Counted from the first letter of the stretch, positions 13,498 to 27,756 are shown. The stretch: DNA of 64,000 bases from Eledone cirrhosa (GCA_964016885.1 OZ024751.1:7192001-7256000), one strand, 5' to 3'. Numbers and translations are program-made. Notes: generated by a model not told the origin, from the sequence alone.

Positions 13498-14590
13498 CTA
13501 TCCGTTAGGGTATAACGTAGGGCTGTAATACAGGAAAGTTTTGTGCAATTTATGTTTACAAGCCGAAATTGCCTCAGATTTTTTGTTTAAGATGTGGTCT
13601 GTGGCGTAGAGTATTTCCAGGGCCTCAGCGGCGCAGAGGTCACATGGTCTTTTATTTCCGTTATACGATCTAGCCCTAGCTAGGATCTCCCAGTGTAACT
13701 TATATTGGGTGTGGTTGTCTTTTAGAATCCAGATATAAGCTGAAAGTGACGTCATATTCCTTCTTAGAGGGTAACGAAAAGAATGGGTATGCATGTAAAG
13801 AAGCTGCTTGAAACTATTGGCGGTTAACCCTATGTAGGCCCTACGGGACGTGGGTGTTACAACCTTACATTTGTAGACAATGTTACTAGAGAGGCATTTC
13901 CCGGATAGGGGACAATCAGCCCGATTCCTACAATTACAGTTAGTACTAACTACAGAGCTGCACGTGTTCCTACGGCTAGGTAATTTAGCTAAATTTGAAG
14001 CTGTGATGTTATGTGCAAGGTTAGGAGTCGTTGAGTAAGAAATTTTAATAGTGTTTGTATTAAAAATTTTACTATATTTATGTGTAGGGGGAAAATGCTT
14101 CGTAATACGGGAAAGAAAGATCTTAGCTAATGGTGTGGCCACCTCCATATTATATGGTGGGTTAAACCATCAAATGCGACGGGATCTATTTCTTCTAGGT
14201 CTATTCTCGTACTCTGTATATGCTACCTTATCGACAAATCCACTTCGAGCAAGAGCTTCATTGTAATAAGTGGAATGGTCGTTGAAAATGCGCTCGTTGG
14301 TGGAAAGACGGGAAAGCCTCAACGAAACGTTTTTTACCAGGTTCTTGGTTATACTGGCAGGATGGTTGGAATGCTTACTTATGTAATTAAGCGTATCATT
14401 CGGCTTTCTATACGGGTAATGCAACCCATTCAATAAATTGAGGGTAACGTTGAGGTAATTAACGACCGAGAGATTGGCCTCAACCTGTATAGAGAGGTTG
14501 AAGCCTTTAAAGAAGGCTGTGAGTTCTTTTCTGAATCTGTCCCTAGCACAAGGTCAGCACTTAGTCATGGTCAAAAGGCCATCGTCAGCC
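13498..14590 (-). pseudogene. Penelope-like element fragment (end of RT, GIY-YIG endonuclease), 5'-truncated
   Basis: YRKPNDTLNYISKHSNHP, KISYSTTPNL, CNCRNRADCPLSGKCL.SNIVYKC..AYIGLTANSFK, CDLCAAE. Confidence 0.85.
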
Positions 14591-14624
14591 CTCTCTGGAT
14601 TTTAGTCTTCAATTTTATTATTAT

Positions 14625-14691
<67 letters not shown>

Positions 14692-14981
14692 CGTGTGTGT
14701 GTGTGTGATTTTTGAGTGTGTGCGTATGATTGTCAATGCATCGATATATACGTGTCTGTGTGTTACTATGAAATTAAAATTTCTCATTAACATAGTCAAC
14801 CGGAAGACATGATTGTGCATTCACCCCATCATTTATTCCTCAGCTGCAATGTTTCCAAATCTAGCACTGGAAACGAATTTTTATAGAGCAATGTCAATAG
14901 ATACATCACAAATGCTATTCGAGGTCCTTGGAAACACAGTGATAAAAGGGTAAGAGAGAATATACACGAGGAATGGTGTTG

Positions 14982-15224
14982 TAAATTTCTTTCTATAAAC
15001 CTTCTGCGGCAATTGACAGGAAAAATATACACATTTAGAAAACCACACTCTCAAAATCTTGTGAGTATACTCACACAACTCATACATACACACGTACACA
15101 CACGTACACACCAATGCCCTCATCCCCCCTAATTTCTGTATATAAACCTTCTGAAATTGACTGGAATAATACATACATTTAGAAAAACCACACGCTCACA
15201 ATCTTGTGAGTATACTCACACAAC
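14982..15224 (+). repeat. Two-copy tandem duplication (about 95-bp copies about 145 bp apart)
   Basis: tataaaccttctg...catttagaaaa(a)ccacac.ctca.aatcttgtgagtatactcacacaac is repeated. Confidence 0.7.
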
Positions 15225-15416
15225 AGTTACAAACACATGAATAAAAATATATGCGCCCTCATATATAATATATACATATATATATATACTTAAGGTAAAC
15301 ATTGATGCAATTCAATTCAAACACTAAACGTACTTTTTCCACATAGGAGCGACGGAGTATATATCGAATAAGAAAAAGCGAAGTAGTTTCAGATATTAAC
15401 GTCATTTAATGATAAT

Positions 15417-15491
15417 GCTGTGATACATATTTCAATGACGACAGTGGCCACACTGTTCGTTGCGCCCAGTGCCATGACATCATCAGACAGC
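15417..15491 (-). ncRNA. Type I hammerhead-like motif (IR1 left arm)
   Basis: Reverse complement gctgt-CTGATGA-tgtcatggca...tgtcgtcatt-GAAA-tatgta-TC-acagc. Confidence 0.6.
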
Positions 15492-15987
15492 TTCTTACAT
15501 AATAAGGCTATGTTTTCGAGGCAATCCAAATTGAATCGACACGGGAACGGACAAAGCGTGTGCTCTTGAATCCTTCACCCGTTCCTTTGTGAGTCCTAAT
15601 TCAACCCCACCAGTGTGCGCAGGCGCAAGTCCGAAGGAAGTTGACCATAAACTACCTCAAAGTCCTACGAAACTCGCTTGGCCTGGGCCCCCTCTCAACC
15701 AAACAATCACCACATCCAGGTCTGTAATATGACAGTTATAATTTACTGCTAGTCCCCCTGCTAGTGGCATTTGGCCGAAAACTAGTGGGGGTGGGAGAGT
15801 ATGAGTTTCAATAGGTCTCAATACTTCCCCTAAATTATGCATGGACAATAGGATTGACCATCACCCGCTAAGAGAATATATACTTATTTCTAGGTATTAT
15901 GGTTTCACAGTGCAAATTATGATTGAAAATTAGAAATTAAAAAAAATTACAAGTTAAACTCTTGATTGAAGTAAGTAAATAAAAAAA

Positions 15988-16154
15988 TAGTTTCTACTGT
16001 TGGCACTAGGCCAGCAATCCACCAGTGCATTACTGGTACTTTATTTTATCGACCCCGTAAGGATGAAAGGCAAAGTCAACCTCGGCCGGATTTGAACTCA
16101 GATTGTAAAGGGACGTAACTATGCTGGAAACATGTCCGATACTGCCAATTCACC
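15988..16154 (-). mobile_element. SINE family B
   Basis: Reverse complement contains gagttcaaatccggccgaggttgactttgcctttcatccttacggggtcgataaaataaagtaccagt. Confidence 0.85.
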
Positions 16155-16573
16155 AAAAAAAATAATACCTAGAAATAAGTATATATTATCTTAGCACGGT
16201 CATGTTCAATCCTATTGTCCATGCATAATTTAGACGTAGCATTGAGACCTATTGAAACTCATACTCTCCCACCCCCACTAGATTTCGGCCAACTGTCACA
16301 GGAAGGGCGACTCGCAGTAAACTATAACTGTATCATATTACAGATCTGGATGGGGTGATTGTTTGGTTGAGAGGGGGACCTACCCAGGCGGGTTTCGTAG
16401 AACTTTGGGGTAGTTGATGGTCAACTTCCTTCGGACTTGCGCCTGCGCAGACTGGTGGGGGTGAATTGAGCCTTACAAGAGAACGAGCGTAGGATTCAAG
16501 AACACACGCTTTGTCCATTCCCGTGTCGATTCAATTTGGATTGCCTCGGAAACATAACCTTATTATGTAAGAA

Positions 16574-16648
16574 GCTGTCTGATGATGTCACGACACTGGG
16601 TACACCGAACCGTGTGGCCACTGTCGTCATTGAAATATGTATCACAGC
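16574..16648 (+). ncRNA. Type I hammerhead-like motif (IR1 right arm)
   Basis: gctgt-CTGATGA-t gt c acgaca...tgtcgt c at t-GAAA-tatgta-TC-acagc; 5-bp stem I. Confidence 0.62.
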
Positions 16649-16700
16649 ATTATCATTAAAGGACTTTAATATCTGAAACTACTTCGCTTTTTCTTATTCT

Positions 16701-18905
<2,205 letters not shown>

Positions 18906-18922
18906 TATGATAATGTTATATA

Positions 18923-19040
18923 GTGAAGGTACGCGGCAGAGTAGTTAGAAGATTCGATTCACAATCGTTAGGTTATGAGTTTTATTCCCGAACAGAGTGA
19001 TGCACTATATACTTGAGCAAGACATTCTATTTCACGTTGC
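18923..19040 (+). mobile_element. SINE family A, diverged 5' part
   Basis: gagtagttagaa...cttgagcaagacattctatttcacgttgc. Confidence 0.6.
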
Positions 19041-19321
19041 ACCTTCTGCCCAAATTTGCGACCGGTAGAAACGTTGGAGAAACGTTGTTTCCTCGGTCGG
19101 ATTTGACGAGATCTGGGATCTTGTCGATCGACTGTCGATATATATATATATTCATTATTTAAGCAAATCAAGACTACAAAACTCACATAGAAGACGTTAG
19201 TTAAAGAGTGTCAACATTAGTTGCAGCTTACTGTAAAGAATAAAAAAGTGTCAAAATTAATTGAAGTTTAATGTAAGGAATAATAGTGTCCGTTTACAAT
19301 TGTTTCACTACTCCATATAAT

Positions 19322-19437
19322 TGTTTCTACTTTTGGCACAAGGCCAGCAATTATCAGACCATAAAGGGCCGTAACTCTTCGCTGCAAAGCATGGCGTCCG
19401 ACCCTCTACCGATACTGCCAATCCACCACCCTTATTC
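19322..19437 (-). mobile_element. SINE family B, internally deleted, with 16-bp target-site duplication
   Basis: TSD cactactccatataat (19306-19321) / cactactgcatataat (19438-19453); absent from the opposite IR2 arm. Confidence 0.85.
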
Positions 19438-19570
19438 CACTACTGCATATAATATTTCTGGATCAATCGATTATGAGATCGTTATTGATCTGGTTCAGAG
19501 AAACATAAGTAACTTAAGTTATATTATGGAGCAGATCTTCAGAACTTTAGATGAGATAATGAAAGTATTA

Positions 19571-20118
19571 TCTATATATATAAAGCTGTGGTTGTCTGTC
19601 TGTCTATCGATTTTTGGCACACATCTCCTCTTAGAATCTCTGACGGAATTGCACCGAAATTGCTATACTTGTACATTGAGCCCTAGCGAAGACATCGGAA
19701 AAAAATATTTCAAATTGATCCACCCTATGTTACGAAATCGAATCTAATGTATCGATTTTTGAGCGTAAGTGACGAGTTATTTCCCTTTGTTCTGTTTACA
19801 TTGAGCGTCTTACGTTGTTTTTCTCTGCGTTGCAGTGTTTACATTTTCGATCTTTGTTAATAAATAACCAGTGGAGTTTTTATCCCCAGCATCCTCTTTT
19901 GTTATAACATTCGGGTTATCGTTATGTTTTCTTAACTTCATAAGGCATATTGTTGGTTGAGGGAAGGCATATTGTTGGTTGAGGGAATATTAATCAAAAA
20001 CACCACATGCAAGTCTGCACAGTAGACACTACAGTTTTTAAGCCAAAAAAGAAACTTAACATTGTAACTTTAACACAGCTACTGAGCGACCCCGAGCAAC
20101 GCCGGGCTTTACTGCTAG
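19571..20118 (+). mobile_element. Non-autonomous Helitron
   Basis: 5' TC, 3' CTAG, subterminal hairpin cccgagcaacgccggg (20091-20106); inserted between A and T with no TSD; the empty site aagtatta|ttatagataaaat is present in the other IR2 arm. Confidence 0.88.
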
Positions 20119-20838
20119 TTATAGATAAAATGGAAATGAAATAAAAAATATAAAATAAGAGGGTTACGTGTCCGTGAAGATTACTCAGATTGGCAGTTCA
20201 CGAAAGGGGACTTGGAGAGCGTAGTGTCTGCTATAAACAAGCATTACCCATCTGTCGAGGCTATAGTAAACAAATCTGCCTATGCGAAACAAGATGGCTA
20301 CTTTTAGGAAATGTATCTTATTAAGTAGAGACGGGTTTCAGGGAGGTAACTCCTTGAAAAGTTAAAATCACAAAAATGTATAACTAAGAAATGCAAGGGA
20401 CTTTAAATGCAAGATAATGCAAGAGAGGTAACTTATTTGTGTTTAACTGTAGCGATAAATACTTAACATGTTAGTTATATGGAAGGGCAAGATTAGATGA
20501 AGGACTAGGTTGGGTCGAATATTCTGTTAGCGAAAGAATTCGCCCTACGATGGTGGCAGTTAATAACTAACTCATTTCTGTCGTTAATGGGATGGTGACA
20601 GAAGGTCCCTTGCATTTCTTAGATATACATTTTTGTGATTTTAACTTTCAAGGAGTCACCTCCCTGAAACCAGTCTCTACTTAATAAGATACATTTCCTA
20701 AAAGTAACCATCTTTTTACGCATAGGCAGATTTGTTTACTGAGTAATCTTTACGGACACGTAACCCTCTTATTTTATTTTATATTTCTTATTTCATTTCC
20801 ATTTTATCTATAATAATACTTTAATTATATCATCAGAT

Positions 20839-20960
20839 GTTCTGAAGATCTGCTCCATAATATAATTTAAATTACTTATCTTTCTCTGAACCAGATCATT
20901 AACGATCTCATAATCGATTGATCCAGAAACATTATATGGAGTAGTGAAACAATTGTAAAC
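20839..20960 (+). ncRNA. Type I hammerhead-like motif with long stem II (IR2 right arm)
   Basis: gtt-CTGAAGA-t-ctgctccata...tatggagtag-t-GAAA-caattg-TA-aac; palindromic ACAATTGT stem III. The left-arm copy (19292-19545, minus) is split by the SINE. Confidence 0.6.
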
Positions 20961-21268
20961 GGACATTATTATTCCTTACATTAAACTGCAATTAATTTTG
21001 ACAATTTTTTTATTCCTTACATTAAACTGCAACTAATGTTGACACTCTTTAACTGTCTTCTATGTGAGTTTTGTGGTTTTGATTTGCTTAAATAATGAAG
21101 ATTTCAAGGTTTGTGCACCTAAGCTCCGCATGAACCCAGTTCACTAGCTGCTTCCCACTGCTTATTGCACATTGAGCACATGCCTTTAGGCTTTTGGCTT
21201 CTAATATCTTCACCAATCTCTCGTTTCCTATCTCTATCTCTCTATTTAAGATTGGTTTACACTTGAAC

Positions 21269-21338
<70 letters not shown>

Positions 21339-21475
21339 AAATAGGATTTCGCTTCAAGCATAGCTTTATACAATATGTATAAATATTTCGTATCTCCCAA
21401 GAAATACGGTTTTAGGAAGCCGTAGCTATGCAAATACCGGGAGGCTAACGCCCTCTGGTGATGTCGAGTATATAT

Positions 21476-22259
21476 ACCCTCATGTATAGATAAGAAATGT
21501 ATAACCTGTAAAATAAGCCCCCATATTAACTGTGAAACTAGAAATGTAGTGTATAGCATAAGATGTACTGACGGACAATGTAGAGAGAAAAATATAGTGT
21601 ACATAGGTGAGACAGCTCGTAGTGTAGGGGAACGGATAATTGAACACTGGCGAGACCTTCAAGATAGTAAAGAATCATCTGTACTCTACCAACATGCTAA
21701 AATAGAACACAAGGGTAAATTAGAGAACATAGAAATAAAAATAGAATCTACACACAGAAAAGACGCAATGTTTAGACAAATCACAGAGGCAATAAACATA
21801 AAAGAATTATAACCAAAATTAAATAGAAAATATGAGTGGAACAGGAACATCACAACTTACAATTAAGGACAAAATGAATACACACACACACTTAGAACAA
21901 ACAACCAACCAGTAACATGTAAATAAACAAATAAATAAATGAACATAAACACACTCAGCCACCCGGATGTGGCGCATGCGCAGACTGAGCACACAACACA
22001 CACACATAAACAAAATGGCGTAGGACAGAACAAAGGAGAGGCACAAAAACAAAGAAAGGAATCCCCAGTCACTGAAGAGGTCACAGAGTGTGTGACAAAA
22101 GAACTAGGACAATATATAAACAACTATCTGGTTGTGGAACCAGCCAACCAACCAGAAATTTATAAATTTATTATAAATTTATTATAATAAATTGAAGTGA
22201 AAGCAACTGGTGCGTGTGTTTCTTATTGGCAACATGAACCTCCCAAACTATAACAATAT
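21476..22259 (+). mobile_element. 5'-truncated Penelope-like element (GIY-YIG end + pseudo-LTR), same family as 47380-50434
   Basis: NVVYSIRC..VYIGETARS..ERI.EH; 3' region colinear with 49553-50434; hammerhead core degraded (GAAA to AAAA at about 22097). Confidence 0.9.
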
Positions 22260-22457
22260 ATATATATATATATAATAAAGTATATATCCCTACACGCACA
22301 AACCGCTTAGGGACACATGTATTGTCCAACCATATGCCAATGTGGTTCAATGGCAGGTTAATAAATTAACGAGCCATATCATATATAATCAAGGTTTAGC
22401 AAATAAGAAAATGTTTCAAAATAAATTTAAAAAAATTGACTTTACTCACTATGGTTA

Positions 22458-22541
22458 CCTTTACCGAATCGGTTTCGAGTCTCAAAAATAAACGGACAGT
22501 CCTTACGGAATCCATTGCAAAGATAAACTCTCGTCAGAAGG
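22458..22541 (-). ncRNA. Type I hammerhead ribozyme (IR3 left arm)
   Basis: Reverse complement cctt-CTGACGA-gagttt...agactc-GAAA-ccg(att)cgg-TA-aagg; canonical G10.1-C11.1 pair, GUA site. Confidence 0.8.
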
Positions 22542-22768
22542 ATCTTTTCACTCGGAGAATATAAAATTCCCGAGTTTAAATTACGAACTGGCGCTATTCA
22601 AAATTGTTCCCGAGATGAGAATAAATGAAGTGGAAGCAATTCCTTCAAGTGCCGTGTGTAAAGATAGAAGCAAAGGCAGGGAGGTCAGTCTACTACCGCT
22701 ATCACTAGCAGCACTCAGAACGACCAAATTCTTTTTCTCGACCAAGAGGAGAATAAAAGTGAAAATAT

Positions 22769-22852
22769 CCTTCTGACGAGAGTTTAACTTTGCAATGGAT
22801 GCCGTAAGGACTGTCCGTTTATTTTTGAGTCTCGAAACAGATTCGGTAAAGG
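22769..22852 (+). ncRNA. Type I hammerhead ribozyme (IR3 right arm)
   Basis: cctt-CTGACGA-gag...ctc-GAAA-cagattcgg-TA-aagg. Confidence 0.7.
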
Positions 22853-22912
22853 TAACCATAGTGAGTAAAGTTAATTCTTTAAAATTTGAAACTTTTTCTT
22901 ATTTGCTAAACC

Positions 22913-22989
<77 letters not shown>

Positions 22990-23035
22990 TATTAGTCTAG
23001 TGATGTTTTTTATATGAAATTGTGTGTCGAAACAA

Positions 23036-23584
23036 ATATTGTTATACTTGGGGAGGGTCATATTTGTGTAATATTGCCAGAATTAATAACAAAAAAAAAA
23101 AAAATAAATAAATACATACACAAATAAATACATACACAAGCACAATAACAACAAGCACATAAACACACACTAGTCACCCAGCAAACACAACACTATACAC
23201 ACTAGTCACACACCAACCATAACACTATACACACACGCAAACGCATGCGCAAAGAAGACAAAATAAAATAAACAAACAAGCAAATAAATAAATAAACATA
23301 TAGACAGACTGAATAAAAAATGGCGGAAAAAATATAACACCACTGACGATGTTGCAGATGTGCAACGAAAGATTTATGTAAATTATGTTAACTATATATA
23401 TGTGTTTGTGTCTATATTGTATCTGTATTATTTTTGACCGTCGGTCAGTCAATAGCAACATTGAGGACCGAGTAAGTTAGATCGCAGATATAAAAGACAG
23501 CGAGAAGCGAAAACCAACCAAACAGTGAGTGTGTTCTGTTATTAATTCTGGCAATATTACACAAATACGACCCTCCCCAAGTAT

Positions 23585-23592
<8 letters not shown>
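23036..23592 (+). mobile_element. Solo Penelope-type pseudo-LTR with 56-bp inverted termini (IR4: 23036-23091 / 23537-23592)
   Basis: The terminus gaccctccccaagtataacaatat matches the Penelope 3' end at 50412-50434; same internal motif order (GCATGCGC, AAAATGGCG, hammerhead). Confidence 0.8.
23341..23378 (+). ncRNA. Minimal hammerhead-like motif, weak stem I
   Basis: ca-CTGACGA-t-gttgca(gatg)tgcaac-GAAA-gatt-TA-tg. Confidence 0.55.
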
Positions 23593-23634
<42 letters not shown>

Positions 23635-24344
23635 GCACTAACAAAAGCATGATGTAAAATAGAGATGTAGATGAACGTATATAACCTTCATTATTTAACC
23701 TGTACATTATAAGTATATTCGTATATAGAAATATGTATTTGTGTCACTAAATCAGATTTTATCTCCACTATTTGAACTAATGTCTATATTAATTTTGGTT
23801 TAATTATAGCACATGTGGTTTTTGAAATGTTTCCGTTGTTTTATGTTTTTCTTTGTTGCTTCTTTACCTTGCTTCATATTTCCATCATTAAACACCAGTT
23901 AAATGTCGATCGAATGAAATATTCTTTTGCAATTTAGGTTAAATGCCAGCAATATATATTTTAATCACCTTGTATTCAAAAGCTATATAGTCCAGCTGTG
24001 TTTTTCAACAGGCCGAGGTTTATAAAATACGTATTAGCAACCACACTGGCTCCAATAATTTTTCTCCTCTGTTTCATTACTACAATATGATTTAGTCGCA
24101 ATCGACACACTTCTCTCTGCTGTGTGACAACTCATTAAATGTCAAGAGGTTAGCTCGCCATAGTCATTCTGCGGAAAGAATTCAAACATTTGTAAAGGAA
24201 GTTAATGTGACTGTATGGGAGTTTAATACGTATGGCATCCAGGTGTTCTTTCTCACACTTGTAATATATACAATATATTTACAGCTATCTTAAAACGAGA
24301 TCACTATTATATTTTACTGGGTTATTTTACAAATAAAATAGAAG

Positions 24345-25200
24345 GGACGTCTACTGGATTCAGCCCAGTAGCCGTCCCTTCTCCTTTTACTCCTCTTGGC
24401 GTCAAATCCCGGCCCAGAGCATATGAGATGCCATCCAGTGCAACATGGCATCGGTCAGACTAGCGCACTAGCTCGACTAGTACCACCTCGCATGTTTCGC
24501 TTGGTCTCGCAACCCCACAGCGGCCCATGGCTCAATGCATTACCCTCCTTCACAACTGGCATGCTCCTAGCTAATCATAACCTGCGCAATGGGGTTTCCC
24601 CGAAGTTCGGCCTCCGGATATGCGAGCCACACAAATGTCACTGCGGGTCCACCATAGACCTTTTCGGCTTCCACCCGCTGTCCTGTTGTCACAGTGCCAG
24701 CCGCCTTCCACGCCATCCTGCTCTCAACGAGATAAAGCATGACTTGGATGCCTCAGACTTCCCCTCCCAGCTTGAGCCGGCGTGGATGGACCGAGAGGAC
24801 TGTACAAGGCTAGACTGCATGATCCGCTTCCGGTTCCGCGGTGGTAAACCACTCATCTGGGGTGTCACATACAACGCCACATTTACAGCGGCAACCTGGT
24901 GCTGTTTGCGACTAACCCACATTTCACTTCGGGCTGAGGGGGGTAAACTGTCTAAATATCGATAGCTCTTCGAGAGGTTTGCAATCGATCACGTAGCAGT
25001 ATAAACTCCTGGTGTCCTTGACCCTAGGGCCACCTCCCTACGCACCACCACCGGCACAATGCTGGCTCCCAGTAGGTGTAGGCCTCACTTGCTGGAATGG
25101 CTATTCCAGCGTATCTCACTCACCATCTTCTGGAAAATCGCCTTCCCTATTTTGTCCGACGGGATCGTGGGACAGCCAGCACATATGCCCCCATAATAGT
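24345..25200 (+). pseudogene. CRE-like non-LTR retrotransposon 3' fragment (CCHC + RLE), degenerate
   Basis: PHSGPWLNALP..G..L, CHCGSTIDLFGFHPLSC, RHPALNEI, LEP..RLD(RPD-like)..GKPLIWGVT. Confidence 0.7.
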
Positions 25201-25321
25201 GAGAGGGGAAGAGCGTGAGAGATGCAGGTGGTGACAGTAGAATTAGGTTTCACCTGTTTTCGGACCTGGTGTACATGTGTGTATGAATGATTTAATAGAA
25301 ATTAATTAGTCTTTTATAAGA

Positions 25322-25620
25322 CGCTTGTCTTAGTGGTTAGAGAATCTACTTACAATCAGGAGGTCGTGAGTTCGATTCTCCGACCATACACTGTGTTGTC
25401 TTCTTGAACAAGAAACTTTATTTCACGTTTCTGTAGTTCAGTCAGCTGTAGAAATGAGTTGCAATACCACTGGTGCCAAGCTCTATCGGCATTTTCCTTT
25501 CCCTGGACAATATCGGTGGCGTGGAGAGGGGAGACATCTATGCAAGGGCGGCTGTTGGTCTTTCACAAACATCCTTTCCCTGAAATGTGCCTCCGAGGGG
25601 TACTTTGTGGATACAAATCC
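25322..25620 (+). mobile_element. tRNA-derived SINE family A
   Basis: A box tagtggttag, B box gagttcgattctc, tgttgtcttcttgaacaagaaactttatttcacg core. Confidence 0.8.
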
Positions 25621-27719
25621 CATGGTCATTCGCGACCGAAGTGGGTCTTTTTTTTTATAGATGGTTAATAATTCAGTTATCACATGAGAATCAATATAAT
25701 TTTACATATTTTGAATGGACCTTAACATTCAACTATCTCTTCTTTCATTAAATACATCCAGTAATACGAGAAGAATTGTCTCCATATATCCGTAAATATG
25801 GTTTTGCAAAGAATGATATATTGAATATGTATGTTTTAATTTCATAGCCAACATATAGTGTAAATATTTGTAGGCTGAGTGTATGTAGAGATGTTACTTT
25901 CATTGTGTTAAGAGAACAGAAAGGTGTACGATGATGAATCAACACCATCTGTATTTACCATCATCATAAACGTACATTTTAGGACATCACCGATGTATAT
26001 AGGTGCATGAAAGTCCCATCATCGGAGTATTCCTTGTCTGAGTGTATAGGACATATATGGCTGCACATTAAATTATAAAATGTTATTGAATTATGTGTTA
26101 AAACACAAACATAGCTACTTCCACCAACTCCACGTTATACAGATTACTTAATGCTTTAATATCGAAATAATTATTTTTAATGCTCGAATTGTTATAACAT
26201 TATCTTCAAAGGAGCAATAAAAGTTTAATAATATAGAACAAATCTGTTAATTCAACTTCGTCGAAAAATAAACACAATATAAACGATTTTTCTAAAACGT
26301 GCTAGGATAGCGTTCGTATCGATTTACGTTCCATATTTAATTGAAAATTAATATTATATCCTCGGTACATTGCGTTTGCAGACTGAGTGAATGTTAAAAT
26401 ATATAAAAAATATTCTTATGGACTTTAAATACTGCTATGATTGACTTATTATTACAACGTTGCAAAGTAAATAAAATTCATTAAAAACACTCCCCTCTCC
26501 ATCAGAGTTTCTTCAATCAAATATATACTTCTGAGGAATCACAAAACACTGGCTAAAGAAAATATATCTATAGTATTTGATTAAAATATCGATTTTCTCC
26601 CGTCGGTGCTCAGCCGTAACCAATCGAAATCTTAAAGACAAAGGCGACCCCAACGCGTTTTATGTAAATTCAGATATGATACATTTGCCGACCTGCCAAC
26701 CTCTGAAACCCAAAAGGAGAATAACATGAAAAAAGAGCCCCAAAACGGGGACAAATTAGACAAAATGGAGAGATTTTACATAATGAAAGTTATACCCATT
26801 TCTACCCCAATTTGGGTGGGAGGTCTCACCCGGTCTGATATTTATGTCATTCAGCGTAAACTTGTGACAAGTATTTGGCTGAAAGGGATATTTTGGAAAT
26901 CCGTAGTGTGTACTCTGAGAAATTGAAAGGAAAGTCTTGTCACACACACAATTTCAAGGTTATTTTGTCTGAAAATTACGTTAGGGCTATATGAATGCGT
27001 ACTAAACTCGTTCATAAAAGCAGTTTCATTGTCCAACAAATGTGATCATTCAACTCTGAACCAGTTATACAGTATTTATGTGATCTATTATAAGGCCTGA
27101 TTAAAATATACATGCATAATTACATAGAATATATAATACAGATTTGGTTCCTAGAAACCGAGTTACGAATAGACAGTAAAAATCATTGTAAATAAATTAT
27201 GAAATACAACATGTAAATTGAGAGAGGAGATATAATCCGAATAACGACGCAATTCCCCTTCTCTCTCTGTTCTCTCTCTGTTTGCCGCTATCTCTCTCTC
27301 TTTCCATTTCTCATCCCCTCTCTCGGCATCTCTCTCTTTGTCTCTTTCTCCCTCTTTCTCTCCCTCTCTGTGCGTATATATACAAATAAACATGCAGTGT
27401 GTAGTCAAATATATATATATATATACGTGTTTCTGTATACAAATATGTGTACATGTGCGTGTGTGTGTGGAGGTGAGGGGGGGGGGGCATGTTTATACAC
27501 ATATGCCTGCGAACATGTTGGTGTGTGATGCGTGTACGTGTGTGTATAGTACATAGTGTGTGTATAGTACTATACGTGTAGGTATAGTACAGCGAATATG
27601 ATAAAGCTACGAACATAACTTTCCTAATTCAATAAAAAATGAATGACACGATTTGGCCTGGCGTCAACACTAAATTCGATGTATAAAATTTCAGTAAATG
27701 GTAGCATGAGATTTTTATA

Positions 27720-27721
27720 AT

Positions 27722-27756
<35 letters not shown>

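Larger units (their letters stand above)
15366..16699. repeat. Inverted-repeat element IR1: arms 15366-15900 and 16162-16699, each with a hammerhead pointing outward
   Basis: The arms are colinear reverse complements with scattered substitutions; the spacer holds a SINE. Confidence 0.9.
19151..21099. repeat. Inverted-repeat element IR2: arms 19151-20401 (interrupted by a SINE and a Helitron) and 20605-21099
   Basis: Colinear reverse complement once the two insertions and an about 80-bp indel (20189-20266) are removed. Confidence 0.9.
22381..22923. repeat. Inverted-repeat element IR3: arms 22381-22552 and 22758-22923
   Basis: Arms of about 170 bp are reverse complements; both outer ends merge into (TA)n. 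Confidence 0.9.

Noticed and set aside
22067-22110. Hammerhead in the truncated Penelope copy as an active ribozyme
   Set aside because: GAAA core changed to AAAA and stem I damaged; counted only as a relic.
25322-25385. tRNA gene
   Set aside because: A/B boxes run directly into a repeated SINE body, and no complete cloverleaf is evident.
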